Of a stretch of DNA of 64,000 bases, positions 8,966-19,668 are shown in pieces. The stretch is from Gemmatimonadaceae bacterium (GTDB lineage: Bacteria > Gemmatimonadota > Gemmatimonadetes > Gemmatimonadales > Gemmatimonadaceae). A program made the translations under genes and the position numbers. The DNA is taken from the NCBI GenBank assembly GCA_045803545.1, contig JBJMOW010000005.1, forward strand, positions 64,001 through 128,000, written 5' to 3'. Position 1 is the stretch's first letter. Each line of letters begins with the position of its first letter. The notes beneath the pieces are model-generated. The model searched no databases. It saw nothing but the letters and a program-made list of their open reading frames with translations, and was not told where the DNA came from.

Positions 8966-9907
8966 TTACTTAACGATTTCAGTGCCGCCTTCGCCCTGTA
9001 CCGCCGCCCTTCCCTTGCTCAGCTCGGTGATGATCGCGCGACCTCCGGTGCGGCGCACGTAGTCCGTTGCCGCTGCCACCTTAGGTCCCATGCTTCCCTC
9101 ACCGAACGCGCCCTCCGCGGACAAGCGATCCGCTTCGGCGACTGTCATCGATTCGATGACCCGTTGCTGCTCCGTGCCCCAGCCAGTATAAACGGCATCG
9201 ACGTCGGTGAGAATCAGGAACAATTCAGCGCCCAACTCCCTCGCAAGAACCGCGGCAGCGAGATCCTTGTCGACGACGGCGTCGATACCTTCCAACCCGA
9301 GCGTTGGATCACGGTAAATCGGAATGCCACCACCGCCGCAGGCGATCACCACCGCCTCACGATCGAGCAGGAGTTTAATGATCGAGAGCTCGTGAATCGA
9401 CAGTGGCCTGGGACTCCCGACGACCCGACGGAAGTTTCCTTTCGCGTCTTTCTTTACGGGATGACCTTCGGCGCGGAGCTCTCGCGCACGCGCCATCGAT
9501 AACCCATGGCCAATGAATTTCTTTGGATCCTTGAGCGCTGGGTCATCGCGGGTAACCTCCACCTGCGTCAAGACCGTAACGACATCGCGAGCGTTTCCCG
9601 CTTTGCGCAGTGCGTTCTCGAGCGATTGCTGAAGCATGTAGCCGATCCACCCTGCCGTCGCCGCGACAAGCACGCCGAGGGGCAGCGGCGCAACTTCACT
9701 GCGCGCTTTCTCGTTGCGATGCAGCTCGTCGCCAACCTGCGGACCATTGCCATGCACGACGACGACTCGCCAGCCGTCGAGCACGAGATCTACAATGGGC
9801 CCCAGGCTCTCACGCGTATGTCGAAACTGATCGCCGATCGTTGAGCGTTCTCCCGACGGAGATAGCGCGTTGCCGCCGATCGCAATTACTGCGGTTCGCA
9901 GAGTCAT
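8966..9907 (-). CDS. arcC: Carbamate kinase
   Basis: AIGGNAL, HGNGPQVG, RRVVGSP, CGGGGIP, AVVDKD and GSMGPKV motifs. Start moved to ATG 9907 (ATGA overlap with the upstream stop). Confidence 0.93.
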   Translation of the reverse strand: MTLRTAVIAIGGNALSPSGERSTIGDQFRHTRESLGPIVDLVLDGWRVVVVHGNGPQVGDELHRNEKARSEVAPLPLGVLVAATAGWIGYMLQQSLENALRKAGNARDVVTVLTQVEVTRDDPALKDPKKFIGHGLSMARARELRAEGHPVKKDAKGNFRRVVGSPRPLSIHELSIIKLLLDREAVVIACGGGGIPIYRDPTLGLEGIDAVVDKDLAAAVLARELGAELFLILTDVDAVYTGWGTEQQRVIESMTVAEADRLSAEGAFGEGSMGPKVAAATDYVRRTGGRAIITELSKGRAAVQGEGGTEIVK

Positions 9908-11649
9908 CGATGCGTTGCCCCGATCAAGGCGCCGAGCGAGTCGTAGGCGATGCCGAAGGCCTTGAGGTCTGAGGCGGCGAGCGCCGCGCGCATACGGTTG
10001 TACAGTCTTGTCACCGCTGCACGGAATGTGGAGTCCTCGGCGCCGGCGTTCAGACCGGAGTTTACCGGCTCCCATGGCGTTGCAGTCAGCTCGCGCAGTA
10101 CAGCGGGGGCGCGATAGTCTGAAGAATTGGGGAATGAAGTCATCCAGGCTTGGGCGATGGGATCCGGCGCGGGATCAGGGGCGATCGATACCCGTGCGGT
10201 GCGCGCGTTCACCAGTGCTGTCGCAGCGTGACGGAAATAACTGCGCTCTTCTCCACCAAGAAAGATGTGACGACTGAGGGGGTAGTCGGCCGATGCGGTG
10301 TAGAGCTCCAGTTTCCAGTATAGCGTGTCGGCGTGGAACATCGGCTCGATCATCGTACCCTGCGCGAACACTGGGACCAGTGCGCCCACGCGAGCTCTCA
10401 GGTCGCGTCGGTTGACGATCCTCGCTCGCCGCGGAATCGAATCGGACAGCAAGTCGAACGCCTGATAGGCCCACGCCAGCCCGAGCCTGGAGAGCCCGTC
10501 ACCAATGCGTTGGCCGGCGACGTCGAGCTGCGGATCGGAGACTACGACGAGGCCGCGAGCTCCTGGATACACCAGAGAGTCCTGGCGAAGCAGCTGCCGT
10601 CCGGCGGCGCTGGTAACGACACTGTCCAGCGCAGCGGAAACTCCGGATTTGCGCAGGGTGTCATAGACGGCGGCGTTCTGCCCGTATGCGCGCCGGTTGT
10701 AGTCATTCCTCGTTGCTGCGTAAGGACGTTCGCGAGCGAGCTGCGCGTCGGCCGAGGTGAAGCGACGAACAAGGAGTGGAACTATCTCCTGCACGCTTAT
10801 CGATAGCACGATCACCACTGTCACCGCGATAAAGCTGGTACGCAATTGACCCGTCCAGCCGCTCAACAACACGGTGATGGCCGCAGCCGCCGTGGCGATC
10901 GACAGCAAGAGCAAACCCGGGAGTATCCACTGATGGTCGATATACGAGAAGACACCTTCTTCCCCGCTGCCACTTATCAGCAGATCGTACGACTGCAACC
11001 GGTAGCTCCACATCGTGATGAGGAGAAGCAGCGCCGCTAATACACTCAGATGTCGGCGTACATGCGCGCTCATGCGCAGACCGGCGCGTTCCCAGCGCAA
11101 TCCTGGAGTTAGCGAATAAAGCAGCACAACGAGCACCGAGATGACGACTATGAGCAGCATCGCCCAGGTATAAGTCGCCTTCTCGAATGGCAGCCACGTC
11201 GTATAGAAAGAGAGATCGTGCTGGAAGTAGGGATCGCTCTCGCGGAAGGTGACATCCAGCTTTGCCAGTGCCAGCGCTGTCCACTGTGGAAGCGCCACGG
11301 TCACCGCCGCTGCGATCGCGAGCGCCATCACGAATGCAAAGCGATCGATGTAGCGACGCGGAACCGCTTCCCCAAATTCGACGTTGGCCAGACGTCGCGG
11401 CAGCGTGAGCAGGCCGATACTGCGACCGAGGGCGGAGAGATTCACGAAGGCAATGATTACCGCGAAAGCGAATCCCAGCCCGTAGATCAGGAGCGAGTCA
11501 CCGGCGCGTTCGTTCCAGAGCGGTGTTGCCCCGTGAGCAGCATACCACGAATAGTCAGCGTAGAGGGCCGACAATGCGCGGCCGCCGACAAGAGCTGCAG
11601 CCGCGACGACAATTCCAATGAAGAGGCGTCTGCGGGTGAGCGCGGTCAC
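9904..11649 (-). CDS. UPF0182 family membrane protein (short, divergent)
   Basis: Multi-TM N-terminal half with DYSWY and DPYFQHDLSFY; soluble C-terminal half with LELYT, YPLS and SYFR. Start moved to GTG 11649. Confidence 0.75.
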   Translation of the reverse strand: MTALTRRRLFIGIVVAAAALVGGRALSALYADYSWYAAHGATPLWNERAGDSLLIYGLGFAFAVIIAFVNLSALGRSIGLLTLPRRLANVEFGEAVPRRYIDRFAFVMALAIAAAVTVALPQWTALALAKLDVTFRESDPYFQHDLSFYTTWLPFEKATYTWAMLLIVVISVLVVLLYSLTPGLRWERAGLRMSAHVRRHLSVLAALLLLITMWSYRLQSYDLLISGSGEEGVFSYIDHQWILPGLLLLSIATAAAAITVLLSGWTGQLRTSFIAVTVVIVLSISVQEIVPLLVRRFTSADAQLARERPYAATRNDYNRRAYGQNAAVYDTLRKSGVSAALDSVVTSAAGRQLLRQDSLVYPGARGLVVVSDPQLDVAGQRIGDGLSRLGLAWAYQAFDLLSDSIPRRARIVNRRDLRARVGALVPVFAQGTMIEPMFHADTLYWKLELYTASADYPLSRHIFLGGEERSYFRHAATALVNARTARVSIAPDPAPDPIAQAWMTSFPNSSDYRAPAVLRELTATPWEPVNSGLNAGAEDSTFRAAVTRLYNRMRAALAASDLKAFGIAYDSLGALIGATHR

Positions 11650-11650
11650 A

Positions 11651-13018
11651 TCACACCTGCACGCCTTGCGCGCGGAGCCAGCCCTGCATCTCTGACTGAA
11701 TCTGGTCGAGCTGCTCGCGCGTCCGTGCTTCAAACCGCATCACGATGATCGGCTGGGTGTTCGATGCGCGGATCAATCCCCAGCCGTCGCCAAAGAGCAC
11801 CCTTGCGCCATCAACCGAGATCACGTCATACCTCGCACCGAAGTATTTGCCCGCCTCTTTCACAATCCCGAACTTCCTGTCGTCGGGACAGTCGATACGG
11901 ATCTCCGGCGTCGAGACGAACCGCGGCACGTCAACCAGCAAGTCCTCGAGCTTTCGGCCTGAATCGGCGACGATCTTCAGCAGCCGCGCCGCACCGTACA
12001 GTGCGTCGTCGAAACCGTAGAAGCCTTCCGAGAAGAACATGTGCCCCGACATCTCGCCGCCGACAGGGGCATGCGTCTCGTGGATCTTTTCTTCCATTAG
12101 CGAATGGCCGGTCTTCCACATCACTGGAACGCCCCCTGCTTTTTCTACGGCTTCGGGCAGCGCCTGCGACGCTTTGACATCGAACACAATCGACTGACCT
12201 TTGCCGGTGCGGGCGAGCACATCACGAGCGTAGATGATCAGCAGGTAGTCGCCCCAGATGATCTCGCCATTACCATCGATCACGCCGATACGATCGGCAT
12301 CGCCATCGAAGGCGATGCCGAGGTCGGCTCCTTCGCGCTTCACGGCGCGAATCAGGTCCTCGAGATTCTTTGGAACGGTAGGATCGGGGTGATGATTTGG
12401 GAATCTGCCGTCGCTCTCGCAGAACAAATAGGTGGGCGTGATTCCAAGACGTGGAAAGAGACTCGGTACGACAAGCGAGCCAGCGCCGTTACCGCAGTCG
12501 AGAACCACTTTCAGATTACGCGATAGTTTCCCGACGCGGCCGACAATATCGTCTACATAGCCGTCAATGACCTGCTGTCGGCTCAGATTTCCTTTCCCGC
12601 GCGGAAATTTGCCGGCGCTGGCCAGATCGTAGAGGTGTTGAATGTCAGCACCGTAGATCGAGTTTCGGCCGAGACCCAGCTTGAACCCATTGTACTCGGG
12701 CGGATTGTGCGAGCCCGTGATCTGTATCCCACCAACGACGTCGAGGTTGTGCTGAGACCAGTACGCCAGCGGCGTTGGTACGACGCCAATGTCGACGACG
12801 TCGACGCCTGCGCTGAGCAACCCGCTCACCAGCGCAGCGTGCAAGCCTTCCCCACTTGGGCGATTGTCGCGGCCAACTGCTACCGCTCCGCTTACACCCT
12901 TCTCGGCAAGAAAAGCCGCGTAAGCGCCGGCGAGTGCTGTTGCGACATCCGGAGTGAGGTCTTTGTCGGTGACCCCGCGAATGTCATACTCACGGAAGAT
13001 GTGTCGAGCGAGTCCCAC
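11651..13018 (-). CDS. Phosphomannomutase/phosphoglucomutase (AlgC-like)
   Basis: IFREYDIRG, TGSHNP phosphoserine loop, FDGDADR, GEMSGH and RASNT motifs. Confidence 0.96.
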   Translation of the reverse strand: MGLARHIFREYDIRGVTDKDLTPDVATALAGAYAAFLAEKGVSGAVAVGRDNRPSGEGLHAALVSGLLSAGVDVVDIGVVPTPLAYWSQHNLDVVGGIQITGSHNPPEYNGFKLGLGRNSIYGADIQHLYDLASAGKFPRGKGNLSRQQVIDGYVDDIVGRVGKLSRNLKVVLDCGNGAGSLVVPSLFPRLGITPTYLFCESDGRFPNHHPDPTVPKNLEDLIRAVKREGADLGIAFDGDADRIGVIDGNGEIIWGDYLLIIYARDVLARTGKGQSIVFDVKASQALPEAVEKAGGVPVMWKTGHSLMEEKIHETHAPVGGEMSGHMFFSEGFYGFDDALYGAARLLKIVADSGRKLEDLLVDVPRFVSTPEIRIDCPDDRKFGIVKEAGKYFGARYDVISVDGARVLFGDGWGLIRASNTQPIIVMRFEARTREQLDQIQSEMQGWLRAQGVQV

Positions 13019-13022
13019 GGAT

Positions 13023-14528
13023 CTACCGCGGCTGCAGCGCGATATCTCGGCTCACGACCGGGGCGCTACGTTGCGTGAATGAAACGATAGCGTCCGGGAA
13101 CAATCCAAAAACGAGAATGATGACTACCGAAGCCCACACTACAGCGCCCGTCCAACCGCCGGCACGCTCCGGCAATGCTGCCGTGCTCGCGCGCGGCTTC
13201 ATGAACATCACCATCACGACGTAGAGATAGTAACCCGCGCTGACGACGCTCGTGATGACGAGCCAGACGGCGAGCTTCGTCTGCGGGTATGGAGCCTGGA
13301 GAGCAGCTTGCAGCACGTACCATTTGGCGAAGAATCCAATGCCGCCAAAGATCGGGAAGCCGAGCAACGCCAGCATAAACACCGACATCGCGATGGCGAG
13401 TCCGGGCCGCACCTGCCACAGACCGGCATACTCTTCGACGCTCATGTTGTTCTCGCCAGCGCGGCCGAGCGCGACGATCACCGCAAAAGCGCCCATCGTC
13501 GCGAGGGTGTAGGCAAAGAGATAGAACATGAAAGCAGAGCTGCCGAACGTCGTGCCGGCAACGAGCGCGACGAGAATGTAGCCCGCGTGCGCAATGCTCG
13601 AGTAGGCGAGCAGCCGCTTGATGTTGCGCTGGGAAAGTGCCACGACGTTTCCGACTACCATCGTGATGACGGCGAGCCACCATACCGCGGTGTGCCAATC
13701 CGCGAGCAGCGTCGGGAAAGCCTCCAGCCATAACCTGAAGAACGCTGCAAAGGCAGCGGCTTTCACCGCCGCAGCCATGTACGCCGTTATGGGCGTTGGC
13801 GCGCCTTCGTAGACATCGGGCGCCCACATGTGAAACGGCGCTGCCGCGACCTTGAATCCAAAACCGACGAGAAGAAGCGCGATTCCGACGAGGAGCAAGC
13901 CGTTCTGCGCGAGGTCAAACCGAACGATGCTGCTTCTTATGGCAACGAAGTTCGTCGCACCCGTCGCCCCGTAGACGAGCGCGATTCCATAGAGCAGAAA
14001 CGCGGTCGAGAATGCCCCAAGCAGGAAATACTTTATTGCGCCCTCTGCCGATCTCTCATGGCGGCGATTGAGTCCGGCCAGCACGTAGATCGCAATCGAC
14101 ATTAGCTCGATGCCAAGGAACACGATGATCAGATCTCGCGCGGCCGCGAGGACCATCATGCCCGACGTCGCCAACAGCAGCAGAACGTGCGATTCACCAG
14201 CGGTGATTCCCTCTCGACGATTGTAGTCGAGCGCCATGGCGATCGTACCGATCGTAGCGATCAGAAAGATCTCGTCAGCCGCCCACCGAAAGTTGTCCAC
14301 CGCAATGACACCGTTGGTCGCGGTATAGCCTTCATAGGCGTAGTAGCCAACCACGATCATCGTGATGACGCACAGGGCAATGCTCAGAATGCCGACGTTG
14401 CGTTGATGTTCGTCGCTCTCGCGACGCCATCCGGCCCATAAAAGGAGCAGCATCGCCCCGCCCATCAGGACCAGGTCGGGTCCGAGCGCGCCACTGAGCT
14501 GAGCCGGCTGGGCAAGGTCGAATCTCAT
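13023..14528 (-). CDS. nuoN: NADH-quinone oxidoreductase subunit N
   Basis: EGAIKYF, FKVAAAPFHMWAPDVYEGAP and KRLLAYSSIAH motifs. Confidence 0.97.
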   Translation of the reverse strand: MRFDLAQPAQLSGALGPDLVLMGGAMLLLLWAGWRRESDEHQRNVGILSIALCVITMIVVGYYAYEGYTATNGVIAVDNFRWAADEIFLIATIGTIAMALDYNRREGITAGESHVLLLLATSGMMVLAAARDLIIVFLGIELMSIAIYVLAGLNRRHERSAEGAIKYFLLGAFSTAFLLYGIALVYGATGATNFVAIRSSIVRFDLAQNGLLLVGIALLLVGFGFKVAAAPFHMWAPDVYEGAPTPITAYMAAAVKAAAFAAFFRLWLEAFPTLLADWHTAVWWLAVITMVVGNVVALSQRNIKRLLAYSSIAHAGYILVALVAGTTFGSSAFMFYLFAYTLATMGAFAVIVALGRAGENNMSVEEYAGLWQVRPGLAIAMSVFMLALLGFPIFGGIGFFAKWYVLQAALQAPYPQTKLAVWLVITSVVSAGYYLYVVMVMFMKPRASTAALPERAGGWTGAVVWASVVIILVFGLFPDAIVSFTQRSAPVVSRDIALQPR

Positions 14529-16111
14529 CGCGCGGCCTCAGTGGTGTTCAGCGTCGCCACGCTGCCGGTTAGTCCATTGACGCGGTTAACCAGCAGTTGT
14601 GCGGAGCTCTCCATGCGCCGTAAGACGGGCGCTGGATAGACGCCAAGCCAGATGATCACGGCGATGAGTGGAATCAGGAGCGCGAGCTCTCGTTTGTTCA
14701 GATCAGGAATGTGGGCGTTCTCAGGCTTGTCGAGCGGATTGAACAGAATCCGCTGAATGGCCCACAACAGGTATGCGGCGGCGAAAATCACACCGGTAGC
14801 CGATATGACCGCCAGCACCGGGTAGGTACGGAATGATCCGATCAGCACCAGGAACTCGCCGACAAATCCGTTGGTTCCCGGCAGACCGATACTGCTCAGC
14901 GAAACGAAGGTAAGAACGGCAGCGAACATCGGCACCACACGTGCGATTCCGCCATAAGAGTCGATCAGCCGGGTATGGCGGCGCTCGTAAATCATTCCGA
15001 CGAGGAGGAACAGCGCACCGGTCGAGATACCGTGATTGATCATCACCATCAGAGCGCCCTGGACACTCTGCAGGGTTAGCGCGAAGATGCCCAGCATCAC
15101 GAAGCCAAGGTGGCTGACGGATGAGTACGCGACGAGCTTCTTGAAGTCCGGTTGCACCATTGCCACCAGCGCGCCGTAAATGATCCCGATTACAGCCAGG
15201 ATCAGAATGATCATTCGGACCGTCGGGTTCATCGCCGCACCCGGAAACAACGGCAATGCAAACCGCAGGAAGCCGAAGGTCCCCATCTTCAGCATGATGC
15301 CGGCAAGGATCACCGACCCTGCCGTAGGCGCCTCGACGTGCGCATCGGGAAGCCAGGTGTGGAACGGGAACATCGGGACTTTGACCGCGAACGCGAATGA
15401 AAACGCCGCGAACAACCACAGTGCTGCGCGACCGGTCAGCGTTCCCGCCGCCAGCATATGGTCATAACTGAAATCGGGCGTGCCGGTCTGCGAGCGTAGC
15501 TGCAGTCCCATGTAAATGATCGCCACCAGCATCAGGAGCGATGGCAGGAATGTGTAAATGAAGAACTTGATGCTGGCGTAGATGCGGCGCTCCCCACCCC
15601 AGATGCCGATGATGAAGTACATCGGCACCAGCATCACTTCCCAGAACACGTAGAAGAGGAAGAGATCGCGCGCGAGGAATACGCCGAGCATTCCGCTCGT
15701 CAGAATCAACAGCAACGCGTAGTAACTGCGGGTTTTGGTACGAATACTCGTCCAGCTTCCCAGCACCGAGAGCGGCATGATGAACGTGGTGAGCAGGATC
15801 ATCATCAAGGCAATGCCGTCGACGCCGAGGGTGAAGCGAACGCCCCAGGACGGAATCCATTGCTTGTCTACCGTGGCCTGCCACCCAGTGCTGTCGGGAT
15901 TGAACGACCACCACAATCCAAGCGAGACAATGAACTCGAGCAGGAACAGCCAGAGCGCGATCTGCCGCGCTGCCGGACTCTCGACTCCGGTTCCATCGGC
16001 CGCGGTGCGCACGGGAGCGAGCAGCACGAGCAGCGCACCGACCAGTGGAATTATCAACAGCGCCGGCAGCACCCAGTTGTTGTAGCCGATGGAATCGAGA
16101 AAGGCGGCCAT
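14525..16111 (-). CDS. nuoM: NADH-quinone oxidoreductase subunit M
   Basis: FYVFWE, KVPMFPFHTWLPDAHVEAP and LPGTNGFVGE motifs. Confidence 0.98.
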   Translation of the reverse strand: MAAFLDSIGYNNWVLPALLIIPLVGALLVLLAPVRTAADGTGVESPAARQIALWLFLLEFIVSLGLWWSFNPDSTGWQATVDKQWIPSWGVRFTLGVDGIALMMILLTTFIMPLSVLGSWTSIRTKTRSYYALLLILTSGMLGVFLARDLFLFYVFWEVMLVPMYFIIGIWGGERRIYASIKFFIYTFLPSLLMLVAIIYMGLQLRSQTGTPDFSYDHMLAAGTLTGRAALWLFAAFSFAFAVKVPMFPFHTWLPDAHVEAPTAGSVILAGIMLKMGTFGFLRFALPLFPGAAMNPTVRMIILILAVIGIIYGALVAMVQPDFKKLVAYSSVSHLGFVMLGIFALTLQSVQGALMVMINHGISTGALFLLVGMIYERRHTRLIDSYGGIARVVPMFAAVLTFVSLSSIGLPGTNGFVGEFLVLIGSFRTYPVLAVISATGVIFAAAYLLWAIQRILFNPLDKPENAHIPDLNKRELALLIPLIAVIIWLGVYPAPVLRRMESSAQLLVNRVNGLTGSVATLNTTEAAR

Positions 16112-16114
16112 GAT

Positions 16115-18331
16115 CTATCTGTGAAGCGTTAGTGCGCCGAGCATCGCCAGCACGCCGACGACGAGGACCCACGCGTAAATGCCGACGTTGCCGGACTGCA
16201 ATCGCGATCCCACCCAGCCAAACCCGCGCGCGAGCGCCGCACTGCCGTTGACGAAAAAGCCGTCGATCAGGCCGTTGTCGATAATTCGCCAGAGGAAATT
16301 CCTCGACGTCGCGTAGGTCGGCATGACGATCGCGCGGTCGATTCCTTCGTCGACGTAGTACTTGTGGGCGACGACCCGCTCAAAGCCAGTCTCAGGAACC
16401 GCCTCGCTCGCCTTCACGAGACGGGCAGGCTTTAGTCTCCACCAGGCTATGAGTATACCGGCCACCGCGATGATGACCGCCGCGCCAATCAGGAATTGTT
16501 CAGTCGTCGCCGGAGGATTCGGTGCTCCGTTAATGATGTGTTCCGTCGGCGCGCCAACCACGGGTTCCAGCCATCGCTCGAGATTCCCGGATGGTCCGAG
16601 CGGAATCATATCCGTCACAACCTCCGGGAGATTCAGCCAGCCGCCGGCAATCGTGAGGATGCCCAGCACGACGAGCGGGCCCGTCATTACCCACGGCGCT
16701 TCACGCAGGCGTTCTTCCTCGCGCTGGCCTGTGCGCGTCGGTCCGTGAAAAGTGTAGAGCATCATCCGCGTCATATAGACCGCAGTGAGGAACGCAGCCG
16801 CCAGACCAATCGCATAGATCGCGTATAGCACATAGTTGCCGGGGATTCCCAGCCAGCTTGCCGAGGCGAGGGTCGATCCCTGCGCGCGCGCGAACACCGA
16901 TCCGAGAATCTCGTCCTTGGAGAAGAAGCCGGCGAACGGTGGAATGCCGGAAATGGCGAGCGTCGCAATCCACATCAGTATGAACGTCACCGGTAGATAG
17001 CGACGCAGCCCGCCCATGTTGCGCATATCCTGCGCATCGTCGTGACTTCCCGTCGCGTGATACGCGGCGTGCATCGCGTAAATGACGGAGCCGGAGCCGA
17101 GGAACAGTAAAGCTTTGAAGAAGGCGTGGGTCACGAGATGGAACATCCCGGCGACATACGCGCCCACTCCAACGCCCACGAACATGTAGCCCAGCTGCGA
17201 GATCGTTGAATACGCGAGGACTTTCTTGATGTCCCACTGCTTGAGGCCGATCGTCGCGGCGAAGATCGCAGTCAGTGCGCCAACCACTGCGACGGTCAGA
17301 GATGCGACCGGCGAAAGCGAGAACAGCACCGCACTGCGCGCGATCAGATAGACGCCAGCCGTCACCATCGTGGCCGCGTGGATCAAAGCCGAGACCGGAG
17401 TCGGGCCCGCCATCGCGTCCGGCAGCCAGATATAGAGCGGAATCTGCGCGCTCTTACCGGTGCAGCCGAGGAACATGAACAGGCAGATCGCCGTAACCAG
17501 CGTCCCGTTGGTTGCCAGGTCAGCCGCGTGGGCATTCAGTCCGACGAAATCCAGAACGCCGATGTTCGCGAACAGCATGAACATCGCGACCAGAAATCCA
17601 AAGTCACCGATGCGGTTGACGATCAAGGCCTTCTTGCCCGCGTCGGCGTTTGCCTTGTCGTTGAACCAGAACCCGATCAGCAGATACGAGCAAAGTCCGA
17701 CGCCTTCCCAGCCGATGAACAGAATCGGGTAGTTCGCTCCCAGCACCAGCATCAGCATGAAGAAAACGAACAGGTTGAGGTACGCGAAGTACCTCGGGTA
17801 ACCTGGATCGTCTCGCATGTAGCCGACGCTGAAGAGGTGGATCAATGCGCCGACACCGGTGATCACCAGCACCATTACCATCGAAAGCTGATCGAGCTGG
17901 AGCGCGGCATCGATCTGCAGGTCTCCAACCGGCATCCAGCTGAAATAGCGCTGGATGAAGGGGGTCGTGGGATGAGCGCCAACCATCGCCTGCCAGATCA
18001 TTACCGCCAGCCCAAAGCCAAGAATCAACACACCGGGCCCGATGATGCTAACGATGCCGGCAAAGCGATGGCGCTTCACCGCGTGGTGATCGTCTCCGAC
18101 CGCGCCGGCTTCCTCGGCGTGCGAAATCGCAGGCGCTTCCGCTGCGCCGGCGGAGTGTGGATGGTGGTCGGGTGTGTTGGGATCCGACGGGCCGAAATGC
18201 GCGCCGTTCAGGGACAGCAGCCCATTGATCACGAACCCAATCAAAGGCAGCACCGGCAATAGCCAAACCCACTCCGCAACGGTACCGGAGAGTGGATGCG
18301 CTGCGAGGCTCGCCGCCTGGATTAGCATCAT
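16115..18331 (-). CDS. nuoL: NADH-quinone oxidoreductase subunit L
   Basis: [31 protein letters not shown] and [10 protein letters not shown] motifs. Confidence 0.98.
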   Translation of the reverse strand: MMLIQAASLAAHPLSGTVAEWVWLLPVLPLIGFVINGLLSLNGAHFGPSDPNTPDHHPHSAGAAEAPAISHAEEAGAVGDDHHAVKRHRFAGIVSIIGPGVLILGFGLAVMIWQAMVGAHPTTPFIQRYFSWMPVGDLQIDAALQLDQLSMVMVLVITGVGALIHLFSVGYMRDDPGYPRYFAYLNLFVFFMLMLVLGANYPILFIGWEGVGLCSYLLIGFWFNDKANADAGKKALIVNRIGDFGFLVAMFMLFANIGVLDFVGLNAHAADLATNGTLVTAICLFMFLGCTGKSAQIPLYIWLPDAMAGPTPVSALIHAATMVTAGVYLIARSAVLFSLSPVASLTVAVVGALTAIFAATIGLKQWDIKKVLAYSTISQLGYMFVGVGVGAYVAGMFHLVTHAFFKALLFLGSGSVIYAMHAAYHATGSHDDAQDMRNMGGLRRYLPVTFILMWIATLAISGIPPFAGFFSKDEILGSVFARAQGSTLASASWLGIPGNYVLYAIYAIGLAAAFLTAVYMTRMMLYTFHGPTRTGQREEERLREAPWVMTGPLVVLGILTIAGGWLNLPEVVTDMIPLGPSGNLERWLEPVVGAPTEHIINGAPNPPATTEQFLIGAAVIIAVAGILIAWWRLKPARLVKASEAVPETGFERVVAHKYYVDEGIDRAIVMPTYATSRNFLWRIIDNGLIDGFFVNGSAALARGFGWVGSRLQSGNVGIYAWVLVVGVLAMLGALTLHR

Positions 18332-18621
18332 CCGCGGAGGAGATTGATGTTCTTGAGGTCCACTGTCTGGCGATGGCGGAAAATCGCGATGATGATCGCG
18401 AGCCCGACCGCAGCTTCTGCCGCAGACACTGTCATCACAAAAACAACGAAGACCTGGCCAGCCGCGCCGTAATAGCGTGAGAAGGCAACGAACGTCAGGT
18501 TGACCGCGGTGAGCATCAGCTCAACGCACATGAAGATGATGATCGCGTTGCGGTGGATCAGCACACCGACTACGCCGATGATGAAAAGCGCGGCAGTGAA
18601 AAACAGTGACTCAGCGAGCAC
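18328..18621 (-). CDS. nuoK: NADH-quinone oxidoreductase subunit K
   Basis: Three TM helices with VELML and AAEAAVGLA. Start moved to GTG 18621. Confidence 0.95.
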   Translation of the reverse strand: MLAESLFFTAALFIIGVVGVLIHRNAIIIFMCVELMLTAVNLTFVAFSRYYGAAGQVFVVFVMTVSAAEAAVGLAIIIAIFRHRQTVDLKNINLLRG

Positions 18622-19168
18622 CGGCGACTCTCTCCCTGCTGCGACCAAGCACGACTGCTCCGGCAATAGCCACCAGCAGCAGCACGCTCGTCAGCTCAAA
18701 TGCCAGCAAATAATCCTTGAACAGCGGATCAGCTATCACACCAACCGCATTGAGCTTCTGGAGCTGCAGCTGGTTGAAGTCACGAGGCACGACAAGCTGC
18801 TGCGGCAGCTTCGCGCGCAGAATGATCATGATCTCGCTCAGCAGACCAAGCCCGAGCGCTCCGGCGGCGAGCTTCCACCAGATGCCGCGGGTGTCGGCAA
18901 TCTCCGAGGGATGGCCGAGGTTAAGCAGCATCACTACAAACAAAAACACCACCATGATCGCGCCGGCGTATACCAGCACCTGCATCACCCCGATGAATTG
19001 TGCGTCGAGCATGACGTAGAGAGCCGCGAGGGCAAACATCGTGTTCACCAGCCAGAGCGCGGCGGCGACAGGACTTTTGCGTGTCACGAATGCGACCGCG
19101 GAGGCAAGCGCGATCACGCCGAAGAGATAGAAATGAAAGACGTAGAAGAGCGGGTAGTGCGGCTCCAT
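18611..19168 (-). CDS. nuoJ: NADH-quinone oxidoreductase subunit J
   Basis: [11 protein letters not shown] and FELTSVLLL motifs. Start at ATG 19168 (or GTG 19171), overlapping the nuoI stop. Confidence 0.95.
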   Translation of the reverse strand: MEPHYPLFYVFHFYLFGVIALASAVAFVTRKSPVAAALWLVNTMFALAALYVMLDAQFIGVMQVLVYAGAIMVVFLFVVMLLNLGHPSEIADTRGIWWKLAAGALGLGLLSEIMIILRAKLPQQLVVPRDFNQLQLQKLNAVGVIADPLFKDYLLAFELTSVLLLVAIAGAVVLGRSRERVAGAR

Positions 19169-19668
19169 CACTGACCTTTCGGGTCTTCGGGGTCCCACAT
19201 CTCGCAGACCGGGTGAGTCTGGTCCATCAGGCGCTGCAGATCGTACACGAACCCCTCACGACTGTATTCGGAGTTCTCGTAGTGCCTACCAACGTGGATG
19301 GCTTCCTCGGGGCAGACTTCCTGACAGTAGCCGCAGAAAATACAGCGGAACTCGTCGATCTCGAACACCAGCGGATAGCGGTTCCCTTCCTCGTCTTCGC
19401 CTGGCACCAGCTTGATGCAATTCGCCGGGCATACTGTCGGACAAAGGCCGCACGCAACACAGCGGGCCTTACCGGTCTCCGTCGTGAGCATGCGATGAGT
19501 GCCACGCCAGCGCGGCGAGATCGGCGACTTCTCTTCCGGATATTGAGTGGTCACTCGTCCGTTCACATCGAACAGATGCTTGACGGTGAGCGCCATTCCC
19601 TTGAGCGCAGCGCGGACGTAACTGACGTCCTCGGTCGGACGTTCGACGACTTTGACGTTGATTGGCAT
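19168..19668 (-). CDS. nuoI: NADH-quinone oxidoreductase subunit I
   Basis: Two CxxCxxCxxxCP ferredoxin motifs and TTQYPEE. Confidence 0.97.
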   Translation of the reverse strand: MPINVKVVERPTEDVSYVRAALKGMALTVKHLFDVNGRVTTQYPEEKSPISPRWRGTHRMLTTETGKARCVACGLCPTVCPANCIKLVPGEDEEGNRYPLVFEIDEFRCIFCGYCQEVCPEEAIHVGRHYENSEYSREGFVYDLQRLMDQTHPVCEMWDPEDPKGQ

